64,000 bases of DNA, taken from NCBI GenBank assembly GCA_964035545.1, contig OZ037766.1, positions 21,564,767 through 21,628,766 on the forward strand, written 5' to 3'. This stretch comes from Bugula neritina. Its lineage: Eukaryota; Animalia; Bryozoa. Shown in pieces: positions 14,383-26,142 of this stretch (its first letter is position 1; every line of letters starts with the position of its first letter). The notes beneath the pieces were generated by a model. The model was not told where the DNA came from, ran no database searches, and was given only the letters and a program-made list of their open reading frames with translations. Made by a program: the position numbers and the translations under genes.

Positions 14383-14834
14383 GTGAGTACATAATTCACA
14401 GTATCACGTATCTGTAACAACCTCGATTAAATCATGATGAAGAATTTGCAGTGTATGCACAACATTTAGTAGTTAGTAGCAATTTGTCTACTACTGGCCT
14501 GTAAACACATGCAGCTATAATAATATTTCACTGTTATGACAGCAACAGCACTGGGCTACTGCTGGTGGAGTGTTACTACTTAGTTGTACTATGATACTGC
14601 TACATCACTTGTGCCTGGTTTGTTCAACTAAAACTTGTGTCACATATTTGTTAGAAATGAGGGTGGTCATGTTGTTCGACCTTGATCAAAGGTCATGATT
14701 GCTGTATCTTAACTTGTGTAATCCAAGTCTCTTGATTCAAATTTTTCTCTTGCTGGTTTTAGGTAATCTGCCAGGCCAAGGTAGATGTTGTAGTAAAGAA
14801 ACACACATCACATCTGACTTAGAAGGATTAGATT

Positions 14835-16802
14835 ATGTCTAACAAGCCAGCTGTGCTGGTCATGCCACACAAATCATATACCACCGCAGCTTATATACCA
14901 GTCCAAGAGATTAAGGGCACTAATGGATACTCCCGAAAGCTAGTGCTTAGCCCAGATTACATTCACATGAGCCAGCCATGTTGTGGCGGCCAAAGACTGA
15001 GGGCAGATGTGAAGGAGCACAGGTACAACAATGGGCGTATGGAGACGGAGCAAGCCGCCCACATTATCCAGCATAATCTCAGACAATATACTTTATCTAA
15101 AAAGTTTCAGAGATTGCGAAGCTCAAACGAACAGAGGCTAACCCAGGACATTCCTTCAGACAGGGATTCGGTGTGGAGTGACGTTGACGTATCTTCCCAT
15201 CCGCCCTCTCCACATCTGTCTTCTGCATCTGACACCAGCAATGGGTACTTAGACACAGCATTCATTGGTCATACTGACCCCTCCTTCAGTCCAAAGTCAC
15301 AAAATATATCTTCAGTATCTAGCAATGGTGTCTTTGAAACGGCATTTTTAACTCATAGTCCTGCATCTAAAACCGTAGCCCAGAGCCTTGCATCTACTTC
15401 CACTGTGGTGTATGTTGATGCTTTCTCACCAGTAAAAGATAAGTTTGCTTTAAACCCGAAATCAGCCCGTCAAGGTTGTAACTCTCCAACTAATGACCCT
15501 CATGCCCCTCAGCGAGGACTCTACGAGAGAAGTCGAGTCAGAAGGCGGAAATACAGAATAGGTCTCATCATGTTCAATAATAATGCTGAAGCAGGACTCA
15601 AGTATCTTATGGAGCAGAGGTACTTGGCCAACTCAGCTCAGGCAGTGGCGGAGTTTCTAGTCGGACGAAAAGGCTTGAGTCGGCAGGTGATTGGAGATTA
15701 TCTTGGTAACCTGCAGAAGTCTTTCAATCAAGATGTGCTCATCTGGGTCATTAGATCTCTAAAACTTGTGGGTTTGGAGATTGATCAAGGCCTTAGACAG
15801 TTGGTAGCTCTTTTCCGATTTCCTGGTGAATCTCAAAAGATTGAGCGAATAGTAGAGCGATACTCTCAGTGGTTTTGCTCCTGTAACCCATCTTACATAA
15901 AGAGATTTAATTCTATTGACACTATATTCCTAATTTCATTTGCCATAATGATGTTGAACACAGATCTCCATAATCCTAACATTAAACCTTGCAATAAAAT
16001 GACTCTCGAAGGCTTCCTTAAAAACCTCCGAGGTGTCGATGGTGGTAAAGACATTCCCCAAGACATTCTTGTTAACATTTACAGGAGAACTTTGTCTAAA
16101 GAATTCAAAACTGACCCAGATCACATTTCTCAGGTTCGGAAAGTTGAACAATCTCTAGTTGGTAAAGTTCCTCAGCTCATCAGCCCGCCAAGAAGACTTG
16201 TTTGCTACTGCCGGCTTTATGAAATCGCAGATCCGACTAAGAAAGAGAAACTTGGTCTCCATCAGCGCGAAGTGTTCTTATTCAATGACATGTTGATTAT
16301 AACTAAAATATTCGCCAAGAAAAAAGATGACATGACGTATAGTTTCAGGAGAAGCATTTCCCTCAACGGGTTAGTTGTGCAGAGCTTCACCACAGAACAC
16401 TACAAGTTTGGAGTGAAACTTATTTCTAGTCAGAGTCAAACTCCCCTTATATGCTTCAACGCCAGAAACTCTCACGACCGAGAAAAATTTGTGGACGATT
16501 TGATTGAGACTGTCACAGAAGTGAAAGAATATCGCTCTATTCAGCTTGGCACTGAGCCAAAAAAACGCAGCTTGGCTGAACGCAGTCGAATGAGCAAAGA
16601 CTCAGGGGTGGGGGATTTAGACCTGTCTCACTATGGTGTGGCTGATGCGGCCCACACTCAGCAGCTTCATATCCGGGGGCCTGCTGAGGAGTCTCGGTCA
16701 GCTTCCCTTACTGAGCTTCAAGCGGACAAAGGGCTATCTAAGAGCCAGAGCAATAGATCTGTGGATAGTTGCGTTATGTCTCGGAATCTATACCATGTGT
16801 AA
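14835..16802 (+). CDS. IQSEC1: IQ motif and SEC7 domain-containing ARF-GEF (IQSEC/BRAG/schizo family), 655 aa, single coding exon
   Basis: IQ-like motif AAHIIQHNLRQYTLSKKFQRL; Sec7 domain with KGLSRQVIGDYLG, glutamic finger FRFPGESQKIER and FAIMMLNTDLHNPN; IQSEC-type PH domain RRLVCYCRLYE...GLHQREVFLFNDMLIITK. In-frame TAG at 14820-14822 supports ATG 14835. Paralogue number is nominal. Confidence 0.93.
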   Translation: MSNKPAVLVMPHKSYTTAAYIPVQEIKGTNGYSRKLVLSPDYIHMSQPCCGGQRLRADVKEHRYNNGRMETEQAAHIIQHNLRQYTLSKKFQRLRSSNEQRLTQDIPSDRDSVWSDVDVSSHPPSPHLSSASDTSNGYLDTAFIGHTDPSFSPKSQNISSVSSNGVFETAFLTHSPASKTVAQSLASTSTVVYVDAFSPVKDKFALNPKSARQGCNSPTNDPHAPQRGLYERSRVRRRKYRIGLIMFNNNAEAGLKYLMEQRYLANSAQAVAEFLVGRKGLSRQVIGDYLGNLQKSFNQDVLIWVIRSLKLVGLEIDQGLRQLVALFRFPGESQKIERIVERYSQWFCSCNPSYIKRFNSIDTIFLISFAIMMLNTDLHNPNIKPCNKMTLEGFLKNLRGVDGGKDIPQDILVNIYRRTLSKEFKTDPDHISQVRKVEQSLVGKVPQLISPPRRLVCYCRLYEIADPTKKEKLGLHQREVFLFNDMLIITKIFAKKKDDMTYSFRRSISLNGLVVQSFTTEHYKFGVKLISSQSQTPLICFNARNSHDREKFVDDLIETVTEVKEYRSIQLGTEPKKRSLAERSRMSKDSGVGDLDLSHYGVADAAHTQQLHIRGPAEESRSASLTELQADKGLSKSQSNRSVDSCVMSRNLYHV

Positions 16803-19800
16803 CCCTCCCCTAGTGCTTATATACTGAAATCCAGTCTTGATATTCTATATTATGTTTGTTATGTCTTTTTATTTATTTCAGGGCTACTTTTTCTCTTATG
16901 TTAATACTTATTTCTAGATAAATTTTAGATTGATGTCTTATTAATCACTACTCAATATTATTATATTAAGGAGGACCATTGTTCTATTTTTTTGTTTTAT
17001 ATTCCTTCTGATACTATCTGGATAAGAAGATGTGTATGTTTTTTTTGTAAATTATAGTGGTTAGCGCTGTACTGTGTACACATGTAATTATCTAATTACT
17101 AGTTACCTCATAGTGGTAATTACATCAACTCTGGCAATACTTCTAACTGATCTAAAGTAACACATTTGTGCATCCTTACACATTGATTATCTAATCAAAA
17201 ATCGCAATCACCCATCTTATACTAACCTTCTTCCTTTCTTGATTCAGCATCAACTTATCTAGTCCTTGTTCTCATAATGGTTCACTATTTTCTTTATATG
17301 TGTGTGTAACTTTTCTAGATTTTAAATGACTTTATATAATGTGTCTATTTGTTGTATTTATTTAACGGTTATAAAAATAATATTGAGCTTAGCAAAGAAA
17401 AATATACCCTTATCTGATGTTTTCTTTGTTTCAGCTAAATCTAGTAGCAGTTATAATTTTCAGAGAGATGGTGGTCACATCTGCTATATACACATGTGAG
17501 AAAGAGTTACAATCTGTTAGATTTTCTCCAGTGCATAGAATTATCACTGGCAATGGCAAAATTAAATTACTGAATTGCCAACAAAGCATAGTTAGTTAGT
17601 AGTATTCAGACATGATTGAGCTATAATTCATAAAAAAGTCTAACTTTTATTGACAATTGGGATCTTATTTGATGGATTGGGTCACCTTGCATCACCCTAG
17701 TCATGTGACCACTGCATCAGTATGACCTTTGAGCAAATGTGAAAACTTTACTACTGCAGTGCCACCACATATGCTATGAGTCAACCTGCAGTCCTTTGGC
17801 TGCTTTAATGTGACATTTTAGTCATGCTGACCGGAAGAATTTGTGTAATTTTTATTAAAGTATAGACAAAAATAGATTAAACAATAACTAAGTTGTTTCT
17901 TGCAATTACACAACCATGTAGTAATATCGAAGAACACAAAAAGTGAGTATTTAGATTTTTCAAGCGTGGGCCTTAAAAAACATAGAGTTTGGTACCTATT
18001 TATTTGCAGTAGTTATAGTAATCAAATATGAGTTGTAATATCCAGACAAAATAGAAGTGTCTTCATTCTTTCATAAACATTCAATTTTTGAAATTGGGAT
18101 ATGGAGGTAATGTCTGGAAAAACTAATGTCATGGGCATTCACTTTTTTTTAAAAAAGATAGCAGCATGAGTCTACTTCAGGCACTGAAAGTCACGTGGCT
18201 TTTTATCAAATCTTCATCTAATATAATTGCATGGGCCCACCCATGCCAGTATGATATATTGTTTTATTGTATTGGCTGTACTCTGCAAGTCGTGTGTACA
18301 ACTAGTGGGCCTAGCTCATGGTTATAAATTATCATATCAATAATGCTATCATATAACAAATGACCTTTGGGAATATAAAGTCAATTAAACAGCTGCCTTC
18401 TATCTCCAACAGGCAACCATCAACCACCTATTATCACTACCTCTCAAAAATATTAAGATTCTAATTTGATAATAGCCGAAAAAAAGAAGACTAAGAGAAA
18501 AGATCAGTGCATCTACCCTAACATTATCAGTGCAGTGTAATAAATAGAGCGTAGTAGTGTGTAAACTTGCAAATTTAATATGCTGAACTACTCAAAGCAT
18601 TAGCAAAATCTTAAGAAAATAGCCTATATTTTGGAGATAAACTTCTGCGAATTTTATTCTAAAACAATATGTAGACTAAGTTTCTCCTTGCAAATAACTA
18701 CCTAAAATAATAGAATTATCCATGTATGACTGGTCTTAATTTTAGGACTTAAATTTGTCGTGTACTATCAATCATCATAATATCCTAAGGTGCATATTAT
18801 GTACTTATCGAAACAAAAGGCAGAAGTACAGCCTAAAATTCACCATAAGAAGCAGAATTTTTCCACCATTCCTGCAAACTGCTGCATCTTCTCATTATTA
18901 TATTATACATAAATATAACATAAACCATAAATGTGTTTATAAAGATAACACATTGCATACATAGTTCATTAATGTATAGATCTTATAGTATATACATGTA
19001 AGTAGAGCAGTCTACTGCAGTACATTATAGTCTTTAATATATTATATAACCTAATTATATCACAAGTTAATCAATGTAGACGCTAACTCTAAAGTCAGTG
19101 AATCTATAGTTTTATACTAGAACAGCTATTATAATGCATAATAGCACTAAGAGAAGTATCTTTCACGTCATCCACATCAGACTGTATTCTGAATTTCCTG
19201 TATGTAACAACTTACTAAGTATTCATTTTGATTTGAAATCAATTTGTGTTTGTTTTGGCTCAGGCTGTTAGGAATGTGGACTCCTAATGAAGTTGTTTGA
19301 TCACATAAGCAGCAATAACTCTTATGTAAACAAAGCATTATAAAACAACAACACACTTATTGTTTCAAGATGCAACTTTGTTTAAATTATTGACTTTGCT
19401 GGGATTATGCTATTGCTTTGAAATCAAGCCAGTGTCTAACTGTCTACCTGCCCTATAATATTATAACTTGTGTACTAATTATTCCATAGGCTGCAGTGCT
19501 TGTGTTGATGCTGCTTGCAAACTAATGTATTGGCTAAAATCAATACTTTATTCTGTACTGCAAGAGGCAGTTAGGCATAAGCTCTGTGGTGTGTTGTACA
19601 CTAGCTGACAGGTTACATGCTGTTTGCTAGACAGGCAACGCTTGTAGATCTCAGTTAACTTGGGCGAATAATTTTTAGCTTAAAATTTAGGTTTAAAATG
19701 GAATTCTTCATTTTGTATAGTTAAATAACTTGCATGGTATAAACTGTTCTCCTAGTCCCTAGAACTATGGTTATTGGAAAACTGTAATTTTGTGCCTATT

Positions 19801-21099
19801 TCCATATTATACACATAGTATGAAGCTAAAAATAATCTATAACATTGTTGATAAATGCAACTCCACTCAGCAGAACATGCTGGATCGAATTCCGTTTCTT
19901 TTGCGGACAAATCAAAGCCCAGATTCTAATAGATGGTTGTAGTATGATGGGTTGTTTACTGGTTTCAGTTTCAACAACTCAAACTCTAAAGCAAAAGCTC
20001 TGAGCTACCTTGAACACATCTAATATAAAAGAGGATAACTCCTTCTTGCAACAAAGAATTAATGACAACATGGGTTTGAAACCATGCTGGAGTGTATGTG
20101 CTTGATTGATTCTTCAAAACTAATTCCCCGTTCAAAAAAACGTAAACAATTTCTGTTAAATAAATTTCATCTAATATTTGTCATCTAATAAGTACATCTA
20201 ATATATAACTTTGGTATGGAGATGAAAACTAAACCATTTAGTATTTTATATAAGCCTTGAAGCTTAAAAGAGTTCATTACCCAACCTCTAGGTTGCCATA
20301 GTTGTTCTTCCATGGCATGTCTAGATCTCAATTTTGACACACCCCACTTGCTATCACAACATCTGTATTAATATTATAAAGGTACAGAGTAGACAGGTTG
20401 ACATGAGTGAGTATTGCATTATAGCAGGGGTGCAGCCGAATGTCTAAAACACACTACGAGAAAGTAACTAAAGGGAAATTTGACAATTTTCTACCCTGGC
20501 AACTAATTTTGCTTTATCCATGAAATTTGGTTATTTATTGCAACTCTATTTTTATTTATTAATATGTCAAATTTATTATCTATGCATACTTAATAATTTT
20601 ACATTAATATAGCCTGCCAAATCAAAAATGGCATTGTAACCACTAAAGTAGTACCTGCTCACACAAGTTCATTGTTTGTGTTAAACAACACTTGCTCTGG
20701 AACATAATAGCAACTCAAGTTTCGGCAGTCTACTTGATTTTTGTGCTAACTGCTAAGTACAATTTTATGCTAATTGGTGAAAATGTAAAAATTTAATTAA
20801 AAGGACAATTTCTCGAAAATAAGTAACAATTTATGGCAGTAGAGCATATCACATAATAGGATTAAAAAATAATTGGCACTATAATACCAATTATTGTTGT
20901 GTGTGGTAAAAATTATTCACCAGGATCTACCTGCAAGTTAAAATTTAAGACATAATCATAAGTATATCAAAACGTTTGCTGGTGTAAAAATTTGAAATTA
21001 CATATATTTGAATTATTTGTCAGCAACATAATGTTTATTATAGTTACATCATGTAACTTATTTGAACTTATGATGGATATCTTGCAACTTGGGAATGAA

Positions 21100-21195
21100 T
21101 GTTAATAAGAATGGGTATATACTTTACTGTTTTATTCTATTGGAGAAGTTCAATGGAATAAAACGGTAATAATTATATACCCATTCTTGTTAACA
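21100..21195. repeat. ~96-bp near-perfect hairpin (tiny MITE or hairpin RNA)
   Basis: tgttaataagaatgggtatata...ttactgttttattctattg pairs with caatggaataaaacggtaa...tatatacccattcttgttaaca. Confidence 0.75.
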
Positions 21196-21689
21196 CATGT
21201 TTTGGCAAATTTATCAACCTAGTTTACAAATCTTATAGCTTACGAGATTAGTCTCAATTATATAGAATTTACATATAGAGCATCAATATTAAGGCTAAAA
21301 CAATGAAGCTTGAATGACCATTAACATGTCTTATGGTTTCCTAAAAAGCTTATATAGTGTCTCCTAAAAAAACTTTGGTGCAGGTTCTAATGCCAAGCTG
21401 TTTTGAGACGCACCAGATAAACACCAGACAACTTTGGTACATGGCCTTTGGTGAACACCACAATGAATTTGTATGGTGCACAGACAGATCTGATTACGCT
21501 GTCTATTCTGCCTTTTCAACACCTTTTTACTGCATCTAATAAAAAATAATGCAAAAATTGCTCTAATCTAAAGCAAAACAGTTATAGTGCAGACCTTTTT
21601 CAAGGCTAAGCAAAACTTATTGAGCCATCCATTATGAGCCATTCATAGAGTTATCCCCTCATAAAAATATCTGTTTAGCTCTGCTGCTC

Positions 21690-21863
21690 GAATTGTTCTT
21701 TAAGCAGCTCCAAGTTGAAGGTGACTGGGTGCAGTAGTTTAAAAAGCTCTTAAATTTAGAATGAGTAGGGAAGGAGGAAAAGAGAACCTAACTCTAAATG
21801 TGAGAACCCCAAAACTACTGTACTCATTCACTCCCAACTTGGAGCTGCATATAGAACAATTTT
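21690..21863. mobile_element. MITE with ~50-bp imperfect TIRs and apparent 8-bp TSD
   Basis: aattgttctttaagcagctccaagttg...gcagtagttt versus aaactactgtac...caacttggagctgcatatagaacaatt; TGCTGCTC at 21682-21689 and 21864-21871. Confidence 0.7.
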
Positions 21864-22369
21864 TGCTGCTCAGTCAATTAATCATAATAATTATTGACAA
21901 TACTTGTGTAAGATTATAGAATAATTAATTACTTATAAACATCACCTGTTCTTCTACACATGCATACGGAATGAATTACTACAACCTGCAGATTAAAGAG
22001 ATCTAAATAGGTTAATATTTAAATTTATGGAAAGACTGTGCGATGTAGAACACATGGATAACTGTGAATTTCATTATCTTTTCACTCTTGACTTTGTAAT
22101 CAGAAAATCTGCATGACAGTGCAAGTAGTTGTAGTCAGTAAATGTAATGTACATGTTGAGAGTATTTAAAATTGGCACATTATTGTGCCAAGTGTTGGTT
22201 TAGCACGATGTATGTTATATGTAAGAAAGCGAGGCAAGAAACGTTAAGATTTAAATCGTTGTAACTGAGAGTAACTCAAACTGAAACTGTAAGTGTAACA
22301 AGTAACAACTAACAAGCCCAAGGGAAGAAAATAATAACTAGCGACAATCGCATTTTTTTAGTATAACTG

Positions 22370-23100
22370 TATTATAAGTGATGGTCAGCAATAAACATAA
22401 TGATAATCACTATGAATATAGTTTTAGTTAGTGTGAAACTTATATATATAAATCATAAGTGTAAGCATAATCTAAATCATAATGATAATCATAATATTGA
22501 TAAATTAACAATAATGGTATTTACAATACTTTATTAATACTAATATTTATACTAATAGACTATTACTAATACTAATTGTAATCCAGTAATGCTAATCGTA
22601 ATACTAAGTTTAATAGTATTACTATTACATTTACTCTAAGTGTAATACTATTACTACTCCTAATGGTAATAGTAATACTAAGTCTGATGTAGCGAAGTTT
22701 CACTACAGTTGATGTTATACTTAGTTCTTTGCTATAATTTGTTATACTTATAGTAATAAATAATGATGATTGATTAAATTAATAACCATCCACATCCTAA
22801 TACGTAATAAAAATAAAAATTATCATGATTATGCACTCATCATGATTATGGTTTTCATTTACTTTTAGTTTTAGATAAGGTACAAGGCTATCATCATTAT
22901 GATAAATTTCAACTGCACGGTTAATCAGTAATTGATTATTTATTGCATTCAGTTGTAAGTGTAACAGTTACAGTAGTGTATCACTATGAAACTAAAACTA
23001 AAAGTAAAGGCTAAATTGCAGTGTTACCGTTAGTGTAATTATTATATATTAATAATAGTATAAATATTAAGTTATCACTGTGACTGTTAGTGGTGTCATA
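22370..23100. repeat. Low-complexity TAATAC/TAATCA/AGTAA simple-repeat tract
   Basis: Repeated taatactaat, aatcataatgataatcataat and tactattac units. Confidence 0.6.
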
Positions 23101-23215
23101 TTAGTATTTGGCATATTTATATTGCTGCTGTATTGTATTAATCAAAATAATTATAATTCATGATTTTGCAAAAGCTGCTGAAAAGTCGTCAACTGCTCAT
23201 GCAGCAAATGTAATC

Positions 23216-23830
23216 ATATATTTCAAGAACACCTTCGATGAAGTTCTCCATCTACTGCTCATGGAGAAAATCAGTTAAATTAAATCATTAAATGAATTGA
23301 CCCTTTCATTACTAACTAGATGCAGAGCTTCTTGACTGACAGAAGCTAGGAAGTTGTGATCAAGGAGACAAAATCGCCTTAACTAGGTATAACATCTGGA
23401 GTCCCTCAAGGGTCAGTCTTTAGGCCAGCATTCTTTTTAATTTACAACAATAATCTCCCTCCATTTGTCACATGAGAAGTCAATCTAAATGCTGACCCCA
23501 CACTCATATATGCTTGTGGTTGATGATGAAATACAAAGATAAACCTTTCAGAGAGACCTAGAATCACTTTATAGCTGCTCACTTAAAAGGAAAATGCCAT
23601 TTACTGCTAATAAGTGCAAAATGATCATATTTGGGAAACCCCCCATCTACATGCACTTGATGAGACTACTCTCAAACAGTTAAAGAGGCCAAATACCTCA
23701 GTGTAATCATTCAGTCAAATTTGAAGTTTGACAGACATATTACATCTCATGTCAACCATACAAGCAAAGCACTTGGCTTTATTGAACGTAAGATCTACAA
23801 CACTCCCATGAAAGCAAGTTTAATTGTATA
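23216..23830 (+). mobile_element. Decayed non-LTR retrotransposon reverse transcriptase fragment (CR1/L2/Jockey-like)
   Basis: Degenerate RT motifs in order across stops and frameshifts: FKNTFDEVLH (~FxKAFDxVPH), TSGVPQGSVFRPAFFLIYNNNLP (~SGVPQGSVLGPxLFLIYINDLP), LNADPT (~LYADDT), KMPFTANKCK, KYLSVIIQSNLKFDRHI. Confidence 0.85.
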
Positions 23831-23834
23831 CATA

Positions 23835-23895
23835 AGTATATAAACTTGCCATCCCTGTGAGAAACCTCTGATGGAAAGATTTTTTTATTAAATCG
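23835..23895 (-). repeat. Truncated copy of the SINE 3' tail seen at 54360-54430
   Basis: ccctgtgagaaacctctgatggaaagatttttttattaaatc aligns to ccctgtgagaaacccctcatgaaaggggtttttgttaaatc. Confidence 0.65.
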
Positions 23896-25816
23896 TAGGC
23901 ATTTAGAATCGAGTTTGCTGAAAGATTTGCTTCACCTCACGTGTTTTATATTCTGCATATAATATGTTGATCCTATTTTTTCAAATTTAGATACTATGGC
24001 TGCAGGCTATAATTCAGACTCGTACTTAACAAGTGGTTTGAAAAGAAGGTGCTTAGACAACATTCCCACAGAAGAACATACCAAACAATCTACATTAATA
24101 AAAGCGGGTACTAGTTGTTGTAACAGCTTTAATCATCATTGATGAATGATAGGTGTGTGCTTGTGTTGAGCTGTGTGGAGGTTTAAATGTGAATAGTGTA
24201 AATGTAACTCTGTAATATATTATCATCTCCATCTCACAATAGGTGCTACAGTATAAGGAAATATAGTGCCACATGAAAGCGATTGAGATAGTTGGCATCA
24301 GAACTGAATTTAATTACTATAGTTTCAACGCTATTCGCTGTTATATAGTTTTCTATATAATATGTTTAGAATGCAAATATCAGCAGCACCAAGTTTTAAT
24401 ATCAACATACATGTAGTTATACAAGTATATAGCACTTATAGTAATTTTTTTACATGCCTATTTTTATTGAATTTGTACAAATACTGTGTATTACAGGTGT
24501 TAAAGGCTTGCAGATCAATTTAAATTAGCTCAATCCAAGTCCATACAGTCAAGTCTTTGCTGGAGTTAATTTAAACTAGGCTGAAATAATTTTAGTTGAA
24601 TCTGTAACTTTTTTACCCTGATCTTGACCCAGTTTTGTCGATTGTTTCATACATTACTTGAACAATTAATGAAATGGTAAACTGTCAACTAAACTATCAA
24701 TTTGGTTTTAGGAAGAAATTTTCTGACGTTCAGCTCATCATGTGGTGCTGCTGGGCTGTTTCTTGCTCAGCATTGGTCAGGTGATACAACACTATTCACT
24801 CCTATTTCTACCCCTACATCTCTAAGAGTGACGTCTTTTGATCAAATCACTTTTCCTTTTGTTGCTGAAGAAAAATATTGTATTGGTAACTTAAATGGAC
24901 AATATGTCAACTCCCTGTCAGGTTTGAAATCATTGATACTTTACTGTTTTAAAGCAGACTTTGTAGTATTCAGAAATACTGCCTCCGAATTTGAAATAAG
25001 TTAAAAATGTTCTGGTTTTGAAGCATATTTTTATGGTTTTAGTTGCTAATATTTGATTGTGCCTTATTCCAAATGCAATTATATTTAGAGCAAATTTTGT
25101 AATAGCTTCTCTAAAGCTATTTTATCACCTACTGCTTTACACAAGTATTTATATAAATAGTACATTGAGTTATCAATTGATCTTCATTAATTATCCAATT
25201 ATACAATAATAAAATCAGTCATAAGTAGCAGTCGCTAAGTCGATTGTCTCAGATGATCAACAACCTCTTCTGAATATGTTCGTAGTTTCTAAGAGTCTTG
25301 CTCAATACTCTATAGTCTATAGTCATACTTAATAAACTAAACATAACTATATCTGAATTACAAGGTAATCTAAAGTTTAACTTTAACAATCTCCTTACGC
25401 AAGTTCAATGTATCAAAACTAAAGACTAGTGGAATAGAACCATCATTCAGGCGCATCTAGAAGAAGTTATCTTCCCAGCCAGTTAAGAGTATGTTGTACA
25501 ACTTGAACTTGTTTCCCCAACTGGTGCATTTATACGTTGAACTTACTTGCTGTAGGTCGAGTCATTCATATGTGGAAGTTTACAGGAGAGTTTGGCGATG
25601 ATTTACACATTGTAAAATCTCTGCTCTGCTTAGATGAACAGGTTTGTTTGAATAAAATTGCTGCTACTACTGCTGCTGCTGCTATTACTATCACTCTTGT
25701 TAGTTATACTACTGCTACAGCCAGTATCACAATTGTTGAATTATATATTATTGGTAATTATTGCAGAAGTATTTGTGGCTTTTGTATTTATCATTTTTAT
25801 TAAAATTTTAGATTTA

Positions 25817-26142
25817 CACCACAAGTAGATAAAGGTGTCCACTGTACGGAATGTAGCATTAGAATTTAATGCGTTGAGATTGCTAACACTGCGTTTCCAT
25901 GACTGCGCATAATGCGAATGAATGCTTCGTACGGATTATTTGTGGTTTGTGGTTTGCATTAACTTATAGTTGCGGTTTTATTCGATGTAACTGTTTCCAT
26001 TAGCCGAATGAAAAAATCCATTCGCATAATGCGATAATGGAAACGCAGTGTAAATGGCAAGTGCGAATATTTTCTGTCGAATGATGAAGCATTCTCAACT
26101 AGTGTAATTAGTGTACAATCGACACCTTTTCTACTTGTGGTG
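25817..26142. mobile_element. Non-autonomous TIR element carrying a nested MITE
   Basis: Left caccacaagtagataaaggtgtc, right gacaccttttctacttgtggtg (inverted match with one indel). No clear TSD. Confidence 0.7.
25887..26050. mobile_element. PIF/Harbinger-like MITE with TAA TSD
   Basis: TIR cactgcgtttccat...atggaaacgcagtg, subterminal cgcataatgcgaatg/cattcgcataatgcg, flanked by TAA at 25884-25886 and 26051-26053. Confidence 0.75.

Noticed and set aside
15810-15850. Sec7 motif FRFPGE differing from vertebrate IQSEC VQGE
   Set aside because: To my recollection FRxPGE is the general Sec7 and invertebrate IQSEC form, so it is not unusual.
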